1,001 nt of DNA, taken from positions 1 through 1,001 of the forward strand of contig JAVEBF010003105.1 of assembly GCA_051941275.1 (NCBI GenBank), in the 5' to 3' direction. This document shows, piece by piece, positions 1-1,001 of the stretch. The translations under genes were made by a program, and so were the position numbers. A model generated the notes under the pieces. It had not been told where the DNA came from. It saw only the letters and a program-made list of their open reading frames with translations, and did not search any database. Position 1 is the stretch's first letter. Every line of letters starts with the position of its first letter. Source of the stretch: Dirinaria sp. TL-2023a (Eukaryota).

Positions 1-384
1 GACATTCATATTCCCCCTCGCCTTCTCCAAACTCTCCACCACGCCCTCAATCACCTGGTTGATATTCCTGATCCCCTCCAGCTCTTTCCGCAACGCCGCT
101 TCTCGCGCCTCTTCCGCGTCGAAATTGCTTCCTCCTCCTCCTCCTCCTCCTCCTCCTCCTCCTTTGGATACTGATGCATGAGCTCGCGAAGAAGGTGCGG
201 CTGCTGCTGGGGTTTGCGGTGCTGCTGCTGCTGCTGCTTCGGATCCTGAGCGATGCGACTTGTGGTGCGATTTTTTCTTGCCTGTTGTTTTTTGCTGCGA
301 GGGCGATGCGAATAGGTCTTCTGTGTCTTCTGAATCGGATAGGTCTAGTCTTTCTGTCTGTGAGAGGAGGCCGTTGTCGGCCAT
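1..384 (-). CDS. duo1: DASH/Dam1 kinetochore complex subunit Duo1, 5' part (partial; continues beyond the left edge)
   Basis: Manual minus-strand translation from ATG 384-382 has no stop for 128 codons: MADNGLLSQTERLDLSDSEDTEDLFASPSQQKTTGKKKSHHKSHRSGSEAAAAAAPQTPAAAAPSSRAHASVSKGGGGGGGGGGGSNFDAEEAREAALRKELEGIRNINQVIEGVVESLEKARGNMNV. The start context CACAATCATGG is a good fungal Kozak (A at -3, G at +4), and an in-frame upstream TAA lies at 426-424. The N-terminal LDLSDS..EDLFASP and the C-terminal REAALRKELEG.R.IN.VIEGV..SLE.A.GNM resemble Pezizomycotina Duo1 proteins from memory (not database-verified). Confidence 0.85.
   Translation of the reverse strand, partial: MADNGLLSQTERLDLSDSEDTEDLFASPSQQKTTGKKKSHHKSHRSGSEAAAAAAPQTPAAAAPSSRAHASVSKGGGGGGGGGGGSNFDAEEAREAALRKELEGIRNINQVIEGVVESLEKARGNMNV
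130..163. repeat. Perfect (CCT)11 / (GGA)11 trinucleotide microsatellite encoding an 11-residue poly-Gly tract
   Basis: 131-163 reads CCT x11 without interruption. Minus-strand codons 162-130 are GGA x11, in frame with the CDS. Confidence 0.97.
196..237. repeat. (TGC)n / (GCA)n coding microsatellite: Ala6 plus a shorter Ala4 run
   Basis: 220-237 is TGC x6 (GCA x6 on the minus strand). 207-196 on the minus strand reads GCA GCA GCC GCA. Together they encode AAAAAA-PQTP-AAAA. Confidence 0.93.
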
Positions 385-445
385 GATTGTGGGTTGAAGC
401 TCGGATGGGAGGTCGGAGGTGGTTTATTTGGGGTGAAGATGGTTT
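385..445 (-). promoter_or_regulatory. Probable 5' UTR / transcription-start region of duo1 with Kozak context
   Basis: The minus strand is C/A-rich and G-poor (AAAACCATCTTCACCCCAAATAAACCACCTCCGACCTCCCATCCGAGCTTCAACCCACAATC-ATG), as is typical of fungal leaders. It contains no ATG. The upstream boundary is inferred. Confidence 0.55.
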
Positions 446-458
446 TCACATGCAGATA

Positions 459-572
459 TACCTTACCTTGATAAAGCATCTGGGATACACGTCCTGGTCG
501 TGATTCGCGTAGTGCAGCCGAGTGATCTTACCTGTTCTGGTTAAGCTTAGTGTAGCTGGTTAAGGTAAGGTA
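459..572. repeat. Perfect 11-bp inverted repeat TACCTTACCTT (459-469) / AAGGTAAGGTA (562-572) with a 92-bp spacer
   Basis: The two arms are exact reverse complements as read from the sequence. Each arm is itself a short tandem of a 5-bp unit. Confidence 0.75.
504..510 (-). promoter_or_regulatory. MCB/SCB-like cell-cycle element (ACGCGAA)
   Basis: TTCGCGT on + reads ACGCGAA on -, 120 bp upstream of the ATG. It resembles the MBF (ACGCGT) and SBF (CRCGAAA) sites, but is a single short imperfect match. Confidence 0.35.
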
Positions 573-858
573 ATTCCCTTTCGTGCCGCATATTATTGTA
601 TCGCGGCTACACTTCCCACCCCGAATTATACACAAGGTTTTAACAGTGGTGAAGGTATTTTTACCTGACCGTGCTTAGCAGTCGAGGAAGCCTCACCACG
701 CTGCGGCAATCCTAGAATTTTTCCCGACTTGGCTGATACGAATATCCAAATGCGGGTATAATTAGTAGTATCCTTAATCACCCTAGACATGTTGAGAAAA
801 AGATGACTTCATAGTAGTCCTAATCATGAGATATCGAGATGTGGGAGAGATATTGATG

Positions 859-872
859 AAAAAAAAAAAAAA
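859..872 (+). repeat. Poly(dA:dT) tract, A14
   Basis: Fourteen consecutive A residues in non-coding sequence. Confidence 0.95.
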
Positions 873-1001
873 CATTGACGATGTCATTCTCTAACATTGC
901 AGAGTAGTTTGAAAACTGTGATCGGCTTAGACATAGATTCTATCTGATCAGGTCTACTCGGCGTCTGCGCCCTACACTCATCCATACCTACTTAGTAAGA
1001 A

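Noticed and set aside
121..170. Possible frameshift or poly-Glu reading at the CCT repeat
   Set aside because: A base-by-base count gives exactly 11 units, and the frame is intact from ATG 384 to base 1 as poly-Gly.
174..386. Supplied + strand 70-aa ORF that looks like a signal peptide or membrane protein (poly-Leu)
   Set aside because: It lies antisense to the duo1 CDS. Its Leu runs are the CTG reading of the GCA (Ala) microsatellites, so the hydrophobicity is an artefact.
398..534. Minus-strand 5' UTR intron from donor-like CAG|GTAAGA (534-526) or AAG|GTAAGG (469-461)
   Set aside because: Downstream of 466 the only acceptor-like AG before the ATG is GAG, with no CTRAC branch site. The nearby CAGs for the upstream donor also lack a clear branch site.
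646..720. tRNA gene
   Set aside because: There is no T-loop GTTCRA or D-loop A-box consensus, and the stem geometry is too short for a cloverleaf.
524..725. U1 snRNA suggested by CTTACCTG / TTACCTG and a later AATTTTT run
   Set aside because: There is no ATACTTACCTGG 5' end, no ATTGCAC loop II and no proper Sm site followed by a terminal stem. The motif is simply the complement of a splice-donor-like sequence.
459..826. CRISPR array or prokaryotic system
   Set aside because: There are no regularly spaced 23-47 bp repeats, and the context is a eukaryotic kinetochore gene.
740..1001. RIP-mutated transposon relic or retrocopy poly(A) tail
   Set aside because: TpA is frequent, but CpA and TpG remain common. 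No transposase or reverse transcriptase remnant and no target-site duplication around the A14 tract is visible.

Overview
This is eukaryotic DNA, most likely from a filamentous ascomycete. The main feature is a minus-strand gene missed by the ORF track because it runs off the left edge. It starts at ATG 384 and stays open for 128 codons to base 1. Its last ~40 residues (FDAEEAREAALRKELEGIRNINQVIEGVVESLEKARGNMN) match my recollection of the Duo1 subunit of the fungal DASH/Dam1 outer-kinetochore complex. The preceding low-complexity linker carries coding microsatellites: (GGA)11 encoding Gly11 and (GCA)6 encoding Ala6. The supplied + strand ORF 174..386 is an antisense shadow of this gene. Bases 385-1001 are the more AT-rich upstream region, with an MCB/SCB-like site, an 11-bp inverted repeat, short direct repeats and an A14 tract. 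I see no convincing novel system. No database search was run, so the Duo1 call rests on motif recognition.
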